DNA of 64,000 nucleotides from Hemiscyllium ocellatum (taxonomy: Eukaryota). Under the pieces are notes generated by a model that saw only the letters and a program-made list of their open reading frames with translations, was not told the origin of the DNA and ran no database searches. Both the position numbers and the translations under genes were made by a program. Below, in pieces: positions 47,563-62,352 of the stretch (positions are counted from its first letter, which is position 1; each line of letters begins with the position of its first letter). Location of the stretch: contig NC_083428.1 in the NCBI RefSeq assembly GCF_020745735.1, forward strand, positions 3,348,001 to 3,412,000, in the 5' to 3' direction.

Positions 47563-48130
47563 CAGTTGAGCCTGCAGTGTGTCTCACTTGTAGTAATATA
47601 CAAGACCCTGTAATTTTCAGACAGAATGTGTACATGCACTGTGCCTATTTGAGCACAACAAAATAGGTGACACTCGTTTGCAGGTTCATTTCTCAAGGTA
47701 ATACCTTGAAAAAATAGTCAATCTGTCTGGTTTTAAATTTAACCAAAACCTGACAGTTAACTATCAATCAACATTAATAGATGCATTTTGCATGGCAGCA
47801 CCTCCATCAATCCATGTCCACGTGCCAGCCATTTAGTACCTTCCTCTCATTCAGGATAAATGTTGGTTTTCCCATTACATTGATATTCGTGTGAATTGTC
47901 CTGATGAGTGAACAGTGAAAACGTCGGACAACATTTCTTTTCCTGGCAATACTCCAGTTTTGTGTTATCAAGTGACTATTAGTATAGAGAAAGAATTGAC
48001 TTGCTGTTGTGACTAGGGGTGAGTGCATCCAGTTAATCTGCTGGGCAGCCCTGCTCATTTACACTAACGAGCGCTGCACCGTATTGAACCTCGGAGGTGT
48101 TATCTTTCCTCCTCCTTTCCTTCCTTATAG

Positions 48131-48241
48131 AACGCAGCGAAGAAAAGGGACCAAGAGCAAGTGGATGTTGAAGGCGAGAGTTCGGCCCCACCATGCAAAA
48201 TTGCCCGCACAGACAGTCAGGACATGATTGAAGACACTTAA
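48131..48241 (+). CDS. DDA1: DDA1 exon 5 ([36 protein letters not shown])
   Basis: tatAG acceptor; TAA stop; spliced total 102 aa. Confidence 0.97.
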   Translation, partial: NAAKKRDQEQVDVEGESSAPPCKIARTDSQDMIEDT

Positions 48242-51200
48242 TCCTCTGTCCACAAGACGCAAGTGCTTCCCTTCTCATCATGCAATGTCTTACAGTCTCT
48301 CCACCATGCAGCCCTTCATTTGTATATCATAGGAGCACCTTTATTTATTTGCGTGTAATTTATGGTCTGGGTGAGGGAGGGAGGGAGAAGGGGCAAGTGA
48401 ATCCAGCAAAAGCCCTCTGCAGTGTCTAGTCACAGTCAGCGATTATCCAGACTGCTTAAGGGTTTTAGAGGTTTCTGAGGCAAAGGCTGTGTTGGTATAG
48501 CTCAGAGTCTGATTAAAAAGTGTGTAGGAGTCAGAGCCTCAAAGTGTTGAATGCAGTGGTCCTGAAGTGCAACTCGAACACAACTATACTGCCCACAGTA
48601 TTTACACTCAGATCTTCCTAATATTTGACATGTATCTATCACTGTCATTAACCTTATACTCCAACAGGTTTGTAGTTCAGGTCATTGTGAAGTTTTCAGT
48701 TGCAAGTGCAGTTTTCAGAAATTGACAGATAGCCTATGTCAGAATTAATAATTTGAGCAAATTATTACCCAAAAGCAAAACCCAATCCTTTGAGTAGCTG
48801 CGTTTGGTTGTTGTGTTAAAATTCCACTCCCTCCTTTCCCACCTCCCACACTCATTCCTGGAATGAGAGATGGGCAGTGATTGAACTAACAAACCCTATG
48901 TTAGACTTTGGCTTGTAGCAGGACGTGGCAAGATTAGTATGACAATCTCTGAACCCGTCTGGTGGGTAGAGCCCGACGGAAGGGGTTGGAAGTGGGTTAT
49001 TCACACCAGAGCTCCTGAAACTGTTGGCATTTGAACTATATGCTGACCTTGTGTGCCATTTGGTTTTATGATTAGTTTTTATTTTAAGGGAAGCCATATT
49101 GTATGGGTTTGTTTCTTTTTAAAATAAATGTTTTCTGACGTTCCAAGAGTTATCGTTGCAAGTGCTGGAAAATTGTTGATTCAAATTCTCAAGGTCTGAA
49201 GAAATTTGATGCAAGAAAAACCTCAGGACAGGTAACAATTCAACCCTGAAATCATGATATAGCTGTTCTCTGCCTTGTATAGTGTTAATTTGTCCACTGT
49301 TTTAATGCAGGCATTGAACTACTTATGCTGGGTGTGACATGACCGGTGCAGTCTAGCTTATGACTGCATTAAGTTGTTCCAGTGTTAACCTCATAAACCA
49401 CATGCTAAAACTGCCTCTGTTGGATGAACTTTTCTAAGAAATCTTTTTGGTTATGCTTGCATATTGGCAGAGAAAAATTAATCTCATTTGCACTACATCA
49501 CCATGGAAACCTGACTTCAAAGAGCAGTGTCTGCTTAATTGAGTTGCCTTTTTCGGAAGAAATGTATTCCAGTGCTTTTTTAAGATGAAACCATAGTGTG
49601 CTCGATATGACTGGAGTGGGTCTGGGAATGTACAGCATAGTGGAAAGAGGAACCTGGGTTTAGCTGTTGGTTTGATGAGCATTGTTACATGGTGCATGAT
49701 GCCTGAGCCATGTACGTGTTGCTGACTGCTCCTTGTTAACAGATGAAGATTGGGATAAATGAGCAATTGGTTTCAGTTCCAGTAGCATTAGACCTTTAAA
49801 CCCATACATTGCCCAGCTTTACTAAGGTGGTGCTTTGTCAGGGCCTCTGGGATCTTTTGTTGTGAATGTGTGTCTCTGCTTCCACCTGAATTTTAATTCA
49901 TCTTCAGAGTTGAATTGTCCATTGCCATTGCTAGCAGGTTGAGGTGTGATTGGAGGGTCCCTCTTACTGGTAATAGAATACTTCAGGGCTGTGATAACTT
50001 TTAAGTAGTACTCATTTTTTTAAAATTAAAAATAATGGACTGATTACCAGGAAAAGTGGACAGTGATCTGTTGCTTAGAGGGAAATTGTGTTTGCCAGTT
50101 CATTTCTTCCATTATTCCTGCTCCTGTGATGGTCTGTTCTGTTTCTCCATGTTTTGGCTTCCAAAGGAGTCATGATGTCATTTTGGGATGGTGGTGTTAT
50201 TTTTAATGATAAATACATTGAGGACTACTCTGCTCCCTGTGTGAGCTGGATCCCTCAGTAAGAGGAGAGGCTGCACTTTGCAATGCTCTGGCTTATCACT
50301 CCTTTGACACTTGGCCTTAGTGAAAGGCCTTACTGTCAGCCCCAACTGGTGCTCTGACCTTGGGTCTTGAAGGATGGTGGAGTTTGTTTCCCAATGTACA
50401 GAGCCTTGATTTGGGAGTGGGGAATGAAATAGTGCTGTGATTCATTAGTAGATAAAGTTATGCTGAGCTCTTGCAACTAAGATCATGCAGGCTTTATTGA
50501 AAAACTGCAACTGTTTCAACATTTCCGACATGACTACCCTGATTCCCGAACAGGTGTACTGGACCCTGATCCATCATAACAACCCCATCTCCCCAAAAGT
50601 TCCCCTTTTTGGGTTTTTAACAATAAAATATGGATGAAGATGGAAAGTGTGCAGACTGGAGACCTGATTGAATCTGATGGTCTTCCTCCTGTCAAACTGT
50701 GGAGGGAAAGGCTAGCGTTGTGTGAGGGATTACATGGACCTGATCTCAGCTATGGGCTCGAGAGTTTTTCATTCAGATTTGTGCAGTTAATAACTTTATG
50801 AATTTATCTCCAGTAGCATTTCTGTGCATTACAATTACTGTGCTTCAGAAGCACTTCACTTAGTTGTAAGGAAAGGTGCTAGAGAAATGCAAATCTTTTC
50901 AAAGCAATTCAGTAAAAGGTCTACCTGTTGCTTCAGTAACTCTGGATGTATTTCTTTTGTCATTGATACTTTGTTTCTGCACCTATAAGTGAGCTGACAT
51001 TATCTGTCTTCACTATCAAGCATTTGACTCGCTTACAAATCCATAGTACCCAAATGCACTTAATTCAACACTGAATTAGTGGCCTTTTTCTCATTGCCTA
51101 CCAGAGAAGTACATGGGTTGGAAGAGTGGGGGGTAGTAGGAAAAAATGTGGTTCTATCATATGGGACAGAGAGGAGGTCAGGTTGTTCCTTGTGTAGGGA

Positions 51201-54200
51201 GCTATCATTGACATCTTGATTCAGGGTCAAAATGAAGAGTACAGTAGAACCTCCTGACTGGGTTACGCATTGAAGTGACCTGTCCTACTGTCCCGTCAAG
51301 GCTGAGAAATTCACTACATTTCTGAATTTTTGCTTTTGAGCCTTCCTTCAATCCCTGTCCTTTTGCAAGTGATAATTTGCCAAAACTGATTACAAGATCC
51401 TGTGTCAGTGTAGCTCATGTGAGAGTGCAGGGTTTGGCGTTCATATGTCAGCTTTGCCAGAAATGAGTTGTGCTTCAGTATGCCATTGGAACCGAGTCTC
51501 ACCTGATGGAGTTAAGGATAGCAATAGTCCTGGTCTGGTGAGCAGGGAAACCCAGCAAGGACCTGCCTCTTACTGGAGTGCAGCATGACCTGTTGCATGA
51601 TGTCATGGTCCTGCAATGTGTAGAGATCAAGTGTGGCTCATTGCATTCTCCCATTGCAGCCTCCTGTTTCCACAAGGTGAATCACTCTGTCCCTTTTATC
51701 TGAACATTTTCAATATTTCAGGCAAACTGCTTGTGATACTTCGAGGCAGCAAACTTTGCATGAATCTTGGAGTGCTATTTGTGTTAGTTCTACCCACCCT
51801 CTTTCCCCCCTCCCATTTCCCTGCCCCTGGCAGCAGTTAGGATTCTACCAGACTCTGAGTGTAACTGTTTACCACTAGCAGTCATTGCTATTGTATGGAT
51901 GATACCACATTCCCATTTCCCTGCAAATCGTCATAGAACGATGAACGTTTGTCCCCTTGGACCTTGAAGAAAAATATTTGAACTCCCAAAGTTTGAATCC
52001 AGGCACTAAGATCATGAACTTTGGTCAGCTTGTCTTATATATTAAAAGGATCATAAGCACTGTCTTCCCAGCTCCCCGCAAGTACAAATGACACTACGGT
52101 GAGTCTCGGCTCTCTGTTTGAGTATGTTCTGCAGTGGAGTCCCCTGAAGGTTGTGAAGTTGGTTTGCATTCACAGCTCCAGCCCTTGTTAAATAATAATG
52201 TCAATCACAATCTCTCTTCCCTTGACCACCACCTTGCTCTGCATGAACTCCATGAGCTGCTACCAATCAATAGCTGGCTTTTATTGGATTTTTAGAAATA
52301 AATAAAACGTCACAGAAAACTTGTAATAAAGGTGTTTATAAATGTGAAGAATGTATATTTTCTTTTTTTTGTAATACTCAGCCCAGATCAGTGTGATTAC
52401 TGAGCTGATCAGATCAGAGCGCATTTCAGTCTTGATAACAGGTTGTGAACAGAAAAGGCACATTATTCCTGGACTGTTAAACTTCAAGACCTGAATTGGA
52501 TGGGTTTTGCTGTTTTCTATTTCCTATAACTACTCTTTGCACCCCTGTAGTTGGAAGCATTGACTCCTGCTCTGGGGATGTGTCTGATCTTGCAACTATC
52601 CTGCATTGTCAAGGGATTGGGGGAAATCATTGTTTTATCCTGATCCTGTTCTTGCTGGGCATTCTGCTCGGGCCTTTGCTGTGCACCCTTCGAACATGAT
52701 CATTTTCTGATTCGCATTACTGCAGCAGTCCACTCAAAACCAGGAATAATTCCCAAGCAGAAGGAAGTGACCGGTTTAGAATTGGCCCTGGTGGGAAGGA
52801 GCTGTTGGGAGAGTGGGGCAATATCATGTGTGTGAAACTCAGTTGGCTGCTTGTATTGTGTGTATTGCCAATGTTATCTCTTATCCATTGTCTGAGCTGG
52901 GGTGTGGCTGGGGGGGGGGGGGTCAATCCAGGACCCCAGAGTTGGAAATACCTCCCTGGATAAATCTTTTCCTTTCTGTTATGCAATTTCATTACAGAAA
53001 TTATTCAGTTCCTTGTAATTATTCTTTGTAATTATTCAGTTCCTGATTAACTTTCCTTGTATTACATTGATCATTGCTTTCTTGCAGTGAATAACTGGTA
53101 TGGCATGGCATCTTTTGGGTATTGCAGTGGGCAATCTTTGGGAGGGTGTCTTTTATTGTGGGGATGGCATGGGTGGGAGCTGCTGAGATAGACCAACAGG
53201 GCCTCACCTGGACTCACTGGATATTCTAATCTCAACTCTTCTCAAAAATAGCACAGGACTAGTGATGTGAAACCAATTTTAGCTGCTCGTTCACTGCTTT
53301 TTTGCTGTCAGCTCCAACTAATGCTGAGGATTTAGCCTGGATGCTGTCCTTTGTGTGGCTGAGAAGCAGGTGATATTTGGGGCGGGGGTGTTCGGAGGTG
53401 GTCAGGGGAGGTGTGTTGCCATAATAGGGTTCCTCATGTTCCCCTTTGAAGTAGAACAATGAATGGTATAAGATATGTGCTTGATGAGATCACAGTCAGT
53501 AATTACCCTGATCTGGTGTACGTTGCTCTCTGAATTTGTACAAATTTTTTTGAGCTTTCTATTGTGGATTTAGCAAACAAAAGCTGATGTAACTTCTAGA
53601 TGCAAATTAAAATATTTTGACAAATACCATCACCTGTTTATATTTATCTTAAATTCATTTGTTATCTCTTGGTCTCCCACGTGCTGTGTGTGCTGATGGC
53701 AATGCCTTAACCCCTGGAATTGTCTCCTAGAGGAAGGTCTCCCTAAACCTTTCTGCATGCCTCCTCCTTTATACCTCCCTCTCTGAGCTGTTGACTTTCT
53801 ATCCTGATATCTCCTTGTGTCTTGCAATTAATTTCTGCATTATTACACACAGTGATGTGCTTTGGTTGTTTCATTTTTTTTTAAAAAAGCATGTCTGTCT
53901 ACAAGATGTTTCCATTTTAGGTATCATCTTGACTCCTTGGTAGCCCTCTTGCCTGATTCCACAGGTGGTCTTAACTCCCACTCTGGAGCCTCAAAAATGT
54001 GTGATGCAGACCAACAATGTGAACTTGACTAACGTTCTCCCCTCAACCAACAATAGAACTAGTTCACGGCTCCTCTAACCGTAATCAGAAAATACTGGAA
54101 AAAACTCTGGTCTGGCAGCATCATTGGAGAGAGAAAGAATTAACATTTGAATTCCATGGCTCCTCTTTAGAACTATTTGATGTCTACTCAGCCACTGATG

Positions 54201-55149
54201 GTCACCATTAGCAGCTATTCATTCTCCCAGGCTGACCGTTACCCATGTCCAGCTGTTTTTCTCTCTCTTTGGGCTTCCCCCTCCACCTATTGCTTACTCC
54301 TCCCCCTCCCCATACCATCTTCATATCTCCCAACCTTTTCCTAGCTACAAATAGTTCTGAAGATGTCACCGGACCCGAAGGGTTAACTCTGCTTTCACTC
54401 CACATAGACAGCCAGAACTGCTGAGTTTCTTCAACACTTTGTAGTTTGGATTTCCAGCATTCACAATATTTGTAATCTGGCTGTTCCTTTATCCTAGTGT
54501 GTGGGTGTCTACAAACGGCACTGCACTCCATGATATTTATCATAGGAAATGCTTTTGAGTACTTCAGCGCCATCTGTCCAGATCTATCTCCAAGCTTTCA
54601 CTGTTTTGTGCTTTTCTTATCTGTCTTTCCATACTTTCCAAGCCAACATAAATGGGATGTGACAACGCTGCAATGACCTGTGTAGCAAAACGGAAACAAA
54701 ACTCTGCTTTGTAACTACTCCTGAGCCCCATTCTCCCATCACTCATTAAGCACCTCGACTGACAATAACTTGCTGGCGCCTACTAATTCCTTGATTTTGA
54801 AGTTTTCTTGCTTTTGTTATTAAATCCCACCATGGCCTTTTCCCCTCTATCTCTGTAACCTTCACAGCCTGTCAGATGCTCACAATGCTTCAGTCTGGCT
54901 TCTTGTGCATCCCTCTGCCATTTGTGGCAAAGTCTTTGGCTGCCAGGGTCCCAAACTCTGGAACTCCTCTCCTCTTCACCCTCTCTGCTTCTCTCTCCTT
55001 TTTTTTGAAAGTAACTCTTTCCAACCTTCCTGTCTGTCCAAGCTTTCAGTCAGTCGTCTGTGAAGTGCTTTGGGACACTGATGGTTCTGTACAAGTGCAT
55101 GTTTTTGTTGTAAGTGCAGAAAGAGCTCCCATTTGTTTGTGTGTACACT

Positions 55150-55155
55150 TTTATT
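55150..55155 (-). terminator. Candidate distal ANO8 polyA signal
   Basis: AATAAA on the - strand at the end of an AU-rich, TGTA-containing block. Confidence 0.4.
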
Positions 55156-57745
55156 ATTTTTATGCAGCATTACAAAAATATGACAAAATAAATAAAATAA
55201 ATAAAACCTTTTTTGCATGAAAAGGAAACTAGTTAAAAAACCTCTGTACATCAGTAAAATGGAAGATGCGGTGATGAGACTTAATTTGCTGGTACTTGAT
55301 GATTCACTCTGCTGATAAATCAGAATTGCGAGTTCCCAGTCCAGTTTTCTCCAATATGTTCCTGTTAACAATTCCACAGATTCTGTTTTTGCATAAGAAC
55401 ATTTGATAGCAACACCAGAGCTCTCAGCTTGGTATCTTTGCCAATTGCCACACTGATTTTTCAGGAGCATGGTCTTAGTTTTGTGGATTGCTTTAGATTA
55501 CAGGATCAATTATTGAGAGAAGGTATGTTAGTAACATTAACAAATATAGCAATTCTCAGGAATAATTGTACTGAAATAAGCTATCTCACCAAAACAAAAG
55601 TCTTTCTGATGAGGCATTAAAACTGTTTGTTGTCTCTGGTGGATCTAAAAGGTCCCACCACCACTATGTTCTCCCAAGCGTGCTGTCTGTTATTGATCAG
55701 AGCCTAGGTTATCTATTACTGTAAAATTGCCATAGGGCTGATGCTGGTTTAACCCGAGGGTCATCATGCCTCAGGCCAGGGGAAGAGTTTGAGAAGGAGA
55801 ATCCTTCATGATAATCTCAGCTGGTGTGGCAATTGAACCCCTGGTGTTGGCACCACTCTGCATAACAAACCGGCCATTCGAGCTAACTGAGCTAACCAGC
55901 CCCTTATTTATTATTTACAGATCAGTTGAAAATTAGCTTTTTTTGTCATACATCTCTTGATAGAAAACTGCTCCCAATGTATACAGTCTTCTCACTTTCC
56001 AAGGCTCCACGCATGGTTTCCATGTGAAGCAGCCTTCAATCTGTAATTACCGGTATTTCAATCCAAGAAGTCTGTAGCATGAAAAGGTGCAACATGATAG
56101 AGTACAGAAACAGGCCATTCAGCCCAATCAGTTCATGCTAATTTACTTGAGTCTCCTATCTTTCTTTCTAATCAACCTGTTCAGGGATGTTATTACACAT
56201 CATAAGCTTAGCTGTGATGCAGCTCTGGTCCTTTATTGCCTGAGCATTTCTAACTCTGGGAAGGCTTTGGAAATACAACTAGATCTGGCTCCATGAGATA
56301 AATAAAAGGTAAAACAAAATAAAGCTAAACGAAAGGAATATTGTTTCTGATTTGGAATTTTATCTGTTCTATTGGCTAGTGAAACTCTCCCACAGTAACA
56401 GTAAACTTCATATTTTGCAATCAGTGATCCAAAACTCCGCTGCCTCTTAGGTCTACGCTCAAAGTCCTGTTGCCTAATCACTTTTAAGCTTTTGACCTAC
56501 AATGGCTCCCAGTCAAGCAATCGTTTGCTTTTAAAATTCTCATCCTTGTTTGAATTAGCCTTGCCCCTTCCCCTTCCCCTTCCCCTTCACCGCTCTCTTG
56601 CAATGTAACCCTCCAATTTCTACATGCATCAATTTTTAGTTTCTTTTGCGCTCCCAATTATGATTGCTCTGCTGTTGCCAGCCAGGCCTTCAGTTTCCAG
56701 GATCCTAAACTCCTGGAACCTGTCACCCTCTCCACCTTTCCTCCTTTAACTCAGTTTTTTAAGATCTACCTCTTCAGCCAAACTTTTGGTCACCTGTTTT
56801 AGTATTTTCTTTAGTGGCTCAATATCAGACTTTTGTTTTATAATCACTTTCCTGACACGTCTTATTATATTAAAAGGTGCTATATAAATATATGTTATTG
56901 CTTTGGACAATAAATGCCTTGTTGAATTTTGGTTGAGAAAAATCTAATGTTTAACAAAAGAAACTGCACAATAAAATGTACCCGATAAACGCCAGTAACA
57001 CTGCACAAAGTAAACAGGAAACCTGGAAACCTACAACCATTTGATGCGATCACCTCTTGAACAAATTAGCTTATCTGTTCTCTATTTTAAAGCCAAGGCT
57101 CATCAGATAACTTAAAAAGCTGTTTCCTTCTATTCTCTCTCCTGCCTTGGTCATTAAGCCCTTTCTATAAACAAATGTATATTATTTGTGTATATGTACA
57201 CACTCACAATGGAAGAATAAAATGGCTTAAGTTCAAACAGTGCAAAGTCATTGGCTCGCGCAGAAGACGTTTTGCTGTCAAAGGATGTTTGAACAAAGAA
57301 GGGAAAAGAAGACTTTCTGTGGACAAGAGCTTAAGTTGAAGACTGCTTTCATCATCTGTGCAGCTTCGTTTGTTATTGGGCAACTGAGATTTCTGGCAGT
57401 GAGTCACTGGGCTTAAATATAGTTATACCTCATCAGCTTCCCTCCTTTTCCAGTCACAAAGTAAGATGACTGAGTGGTGACAAACCTCTTAAAGGGAACC
57501 AGTTTATTGAGCAGTAATGGTACTTGTCTGGGTCAGTGCTAGTAACATCTAGCATTTTCCGACCTTAGCAGATGTCCTGTTCCCGATGGGATTCTTCAGT
57601 CTCTGCCATATGAGTAGCCAGGTTCCCTTTCCCAATCAGATGATCAGTTTGTTGTTAAAATTGGGGGTAGTTAGGTGTGGGACCCACAGCACAAATCAGG
57701 AATCATATGACCCAATCTCATTTCACATAGAATGCAGCCTCATCA

Positions 57746-57942
57746 AAGGTAGGAGAAGGTGAGGACTGCAGATGCTGGAGAGTCAGAATCAAAAAGTGTG
57801 GTGTTGGAAAAGCACAGTAGGTCAGGCAGCGTCCAAGGAGCAGCCAGGTCCTGATGAAGGGCTTATGCTTGAAACATTGATTCTCCTGCTCCTCAGATGC
57901 TGCCTGACCTGCTGTGCTTTTCTAGCACCACACTTTTCGACA
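57746..57942. mobile_element. Penelope-derived inverted element (family A)
   Basis: TSD cagYctcatca at 57735-57745 and 57943-57953; degenerate CTGATGAAGGGCTTATGCTTGAAAC core. Confidence 0.7.
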
Positions 57943-58139
57943 CAGTCTCATCAGAGACAAGAGAGTTTCATCCCGTCAACTTAAAATCAGTTCTTCCACT
58001 TATAGCAAGGGCCCTATGATGGATGCTGCTGGTTGAAATAAATAGTGAAAGAAGCCTTCAAGATTTAATTGCATCTTAACCAAACTATGAGGCAGTTGAA
58101 TTAGGCAATAACATTGTCAAAGTGTATGGATAGACACTT

Positions 58140-58580
58140 TCACCACTCAGGCAGAAGCTTGTGAACTTGAGCCCCAATCCAAAGAATTGAGCACATAATT
58201 CAAACTGACCCTCCCTTTGCAGTACAGAACCAAACAGAAAAGTGACTCTGTCAGAGGTGCAGTCTTTACGATGAGAATGTTAAACTGAGGCCCTGCCTGT
58301 CCTTGTGGGTGAATGTAAAAGATCCCATCGCACTATTTTGAAGATAAAAGGGAGAGTTCTTCCTGAGATCCTAGCTGGTATTTAATTATTGATCAGCATC
58401 GCCAATATTATGCAGTCCTTATCATATTATGTGCTATGGGATCTTGCTATATGGAGATTGACTACTGCATTTCTTACATTACAAAAGCAACCACAATGCA
58501 AGAAGTAATCCATTGGCTATGAAGCACTTTGGGTCATTGCAGGGTCATGATAGGTGCTACAGGAATGCAAGTCTTCCTTG
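58140..58580 (+). mobile_element. Deu-domain SINE (SacSINE1/AmnSINE1-like); further remnants at about 8300-8660, 36600-36960 and 37790-38000
   Basis: gaggtgcagtctttacgatgag...gttaaactgaggccc...gtaaaagatcccat matches the recalled Deu-domain consensus. Confidence 0.7.
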
Positions 58581-59229
58581 GAGAAAATTGAAATTCTATG
58601 AAATTTAACTAAATTCAGGTGACACCCTTCATGTTACCAAATCAATCAGCCAATAAGCTGAAGGCAAGCTGCATGTTATTTTAAGGAAATTTAAATAAGA
58701 GAATTTTAAAGTTCTGATCTAAGTTTTATATTTAATCAGGTCAAAACTGGAACTATACATATATGTTGAAAGAGTTTCTTGGTGCACAGAATATAATACA
58801 TGCTTATATACAATATACACTTTTATACATATAGAACCATAAGAAACCCGATTCACCATATATAGATTGAGAATAATAAACAGCTGTCTGGGAATTGCCA
58901 ACAGTTCTAAAGACATTAGCTTCAAGAGCAAAGCTACAATCCTTTGAACATCAGTAGAATACCACGAGTGAATCATAGCCTCCAACACACGGGTCAAATT
59001 TAGAATTGATGGTTCTCTAGGCAGCCCTTTGCAATGATGGAAGCAGGCTTTGGGAAGTCAAGTTCCCAGTCAGTTCGATCCCCGATACCCTCAGTCTCCA
59101 GAAGTAGTGTTTCTGTCACATTGAAATCCCCATCCCAGTGGGAACTACTTGCTGCACCTTCCATTGAATGTTCTCAGCCATTGTTATCTTGGGCTTTCCT
59201 ACCCTGTGACTCATTCAGTCGTTCCGTGA

Positions 59230-60490
59230 AAGAGTCATACATCACAGAAACAGACCCTTCCTTCCAATTCGTCCATGCCAACTAAGTTTCCCAAACTAAG
59301 CTGGTCACATTTGGTCCATATCCCTCTAAATCTTTCCTATTCAATTACCTGTCCAAATGTCTTTTAAATGTTGTAACTGTACCTGCATCTATCATTTCCT
59401 CTGGCAGTTTATTCCACGTACGACTCACCCTCTGTGCAAAAAGGTTACACCTCAGATCCCTTTTAAATCTTTCCCCTCGCATCTTAAAACTATTCCCTCT
59501 AGATTTGAACTCCCCGACCCTATGGAAAAGACCTTTGCTTTCAACTTTTCTATGCCACTCATGATTTTATCTATATCCATAAGGTCACCCCCCAACCTGC
59601 TACATTCCTAATCTATCCAGCCTCTCCATATAACTCAAATCCTCCAGTCCTGATGACACCCTTGTACAGCTTTTTTGCATCCTCTCCAATCCTTCCGAAA
59701 ACAGCGCGACCAGAACTAGACACAGTACTCCAGAAGAGGCCTCACCAACATCCATCAACCCCAACGCCCCGTGGCCCAACATTTCAACTCCTCCTCCTGC
59801 TCTGATGAGGACATGCAGATCCTGAGCCTCCTTCACCGCCGCTCCCTCACCACCAGATGCTTGGAGGAAGAACGACTCATCTTCTGCCTCAGAACACTTC
59901 AACCCCAGGTCATCGATGTGGACTTCACCAGTTTCTTCATTTCCCCTTCCCCCAGCTCACCCTTTCAGATCAGCACCGTCCCTATAACCTGTCCTAACTG
60001 CATATCTTCCTTCCACTCCACCCTTCTCTCTGACCTATCACCTTCATCCCCACCCCCATCCACCCATTGTTCTCCTTGCTACCTTCCCCCACCTCCTCTC
60101 TGACCTATCACCTCCATCCACCCCCATCCATCTATTGTACTCTATGCTACTTTCTCTCCATCTCCACCTCCCTCTCATTTATCTCTCCACTCTGCAAGCG
60201 CCCTGCCTCTATTCCTGATGAAGGGCTTTTGCCTAACATCGATTTTCCTACTCCTCGGATACTGCCTGACTTGCTGTGCTTTTCCAGCACCACTCTAATC
60301 TAGACTCACCAATATCCTGTACAACCTCAACATGACGTCTGAACTCTTGCACTCAGTAGTCTGAGCTATGAAGGCAAGGTTGATAAATATCCTAACCCAC
60401 CTCATCTACATGTGACATGATTTCCAATGAACCATGTACCTGAACCCCTAGGTCCTCTGTTCAACAACACTCCCCACAGCCCTAGCATTC
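59230..60490 (-). mobile_element. CR1 LINE fragment interrupted by a Penelope fragment
   Basis: CR1 tail and ORF2 remnants on both sides of the insert. Confidence 0.8.
59754..60304 (+). mobile_element. 5'-truncated Penelope-like element: GIY-YIG C-terminal remnant plus pLTR
   Basis: VAQHFNS...EEERLIFCLRTLQP translation; TSD ctcaccaaYatcc at 59741-59753 and 60305-60317; ends in family A sequence. Confidence 0.8.
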
Positions 60491-62009
60491 ATTGACTGGT
60501 GAACAAACAGTGAAATCCAGACTCTGAGTTTACCCTGTCTTCAAGTGACAGGTGCAATGTCTTTACTTGGTGATGATTTGTTTGGACTCTGATTTTGGGT
60601 TTGGCCTTCAGTTAAGCTTTCGATTGAATGGACAGATCACAAAGAAACGTGCAGAAAAAAGGCCAATTGGCCCCTCGAGCTTGTGACACCTCTTTGGTAG
60701 AGTTCTACAACAACCTTGTCATTTCGTTTCCTTCAAATATTTATCCCCTGATCTGTTAAAGCTACTATTACATTAGCTTCTACTTCCCTTTCCATCTTAT
60801 TTTGCAGATCACAACAACTAGTGGTAAAAAAAAGTCCCCTTCATTTCCCTCTTCAGTTGTTTTGCTCTTAAATCCATGCCCTCTGGTTCCTCCTGCCAAG
60901 TTTCATCATAGAACACGGAACACAACCATTGCGGGTCGAAGGGCCTGTACTGCACTGTCAAAAACCACTTGGAGGTTGGTGGGGATGAAATAAAATTGGA
61001 AACAGCTTTTTGTTTAGTTGATTAAAATCTCTTGTAATTTTGAACAACTCAGCTAAATATCCTGTCAACCTTTTCTTGTCTAAGAACAACAATCTTAGCT
61101 TCTCCAGTCTCTCCACAGAACAAAACACCTTCATCCTGAAAATCATTCTGCTAAATCTCTGTGCCATTTCTAACGCTTTCCTCTCTTTCCTGGAATTGGA
61201 CGTAATACTTGAACTGATTTCCAAGCACTTATAAAGGCATTATGCTTTTTCCTTTGCACGCTGCCTCTATTTACAAAGCTGACAACCTTGAATGTGTCTG
61301 TTCCAGAAGCCTGCTCAATTTATCCTGTTACCCACTCCATCCCCCCTCCAAATAGCAACATTCCCCGTCTCTCACTGCATTAAAAAAATGTGATTTTTTT
61401 TCACACTCCTCCACATTATGTTCCATATGTCACTTTTTTGGCAACTTGCTCAATCTTTCTATATCTATTCAAGATTTCTTTGCGTCCTCTTCAGAGCTAA
61501 CACATTCTCCCCGTGTCTGCGTGGGTTTCCTCTGGGTGCTCCAGTTCCCTCCCACAGTCCAAAGATGTGCAGGTCAGGTGAAGTGGCCATGCTAAACTGC
61601 CCATAGTGCTAGTGCATTAGTCATAGGCAAATAGACCTCTTTGGAGGGTCGGTATAGACTGGTTGGGCTGAAGGGCCCTGTTTCCACACTGCAGGGAGTC
61701 TAGCCAGTCTAAAGCTTTACACCAGACTGTATATAGTATACAGGTACACATGAATCAGGAGCAGGAGTAGGCCATTCGGCCCCTCGAGCCTGCTCTGACA
61801 TTCAGCGAGATCATGATTAATCTCATTACTCCACATTCCCCATTACCTCTGATAACCTTTCACCCCTCTTGGTCATCAAAAACCTACCATCTCAGTCTCA
61901 AAACTATCAACAATTCTGCTTCCACTTTTGAGGAAGAGTTCCAAAGGTTCACAATGACCTGCAAGTAAAAACAGCAGCCCCTTCGTCTCTATCATAAACA
62001 AGTGATGAG

Positions 62010-62352
62010 GACGGCACAGTGGTTCAGTGGTTAGCACTGCTGCCTCACAGCACCAGGGAGCCGGGTTCAACTCCAGCCTGTCTGGGTGGAATTTACACAT
62101 TCTCCCTGTGTCTGTGTGGGTTTCCTCCGGGTGCTCCGGTTTCCTTCCACAGTCCAAAAGATGTGCAGGTCAGGGTGAATTGGCCACGCTACATTGCCAT
62201 AGTGTTCAGGGATGTGTATGTTAGATGCATTAGTTAGGGGTAAATATAGAGTAATAGGGTAGAAGAATGGGTCTGGGTGGGTTACTCTTCAGAGGGTTGG
62301 TGTGGACATGTTGGGCTGAATGGCCTGTTTCCACACAGTAGGGATTCTATGA
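62010..62352 (+). mobile_element. HE1-type V-SINE (a truncated copy lies at about 61500-61705)
   Basis: Head, V-domain and tail. Confidence 0.85.
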
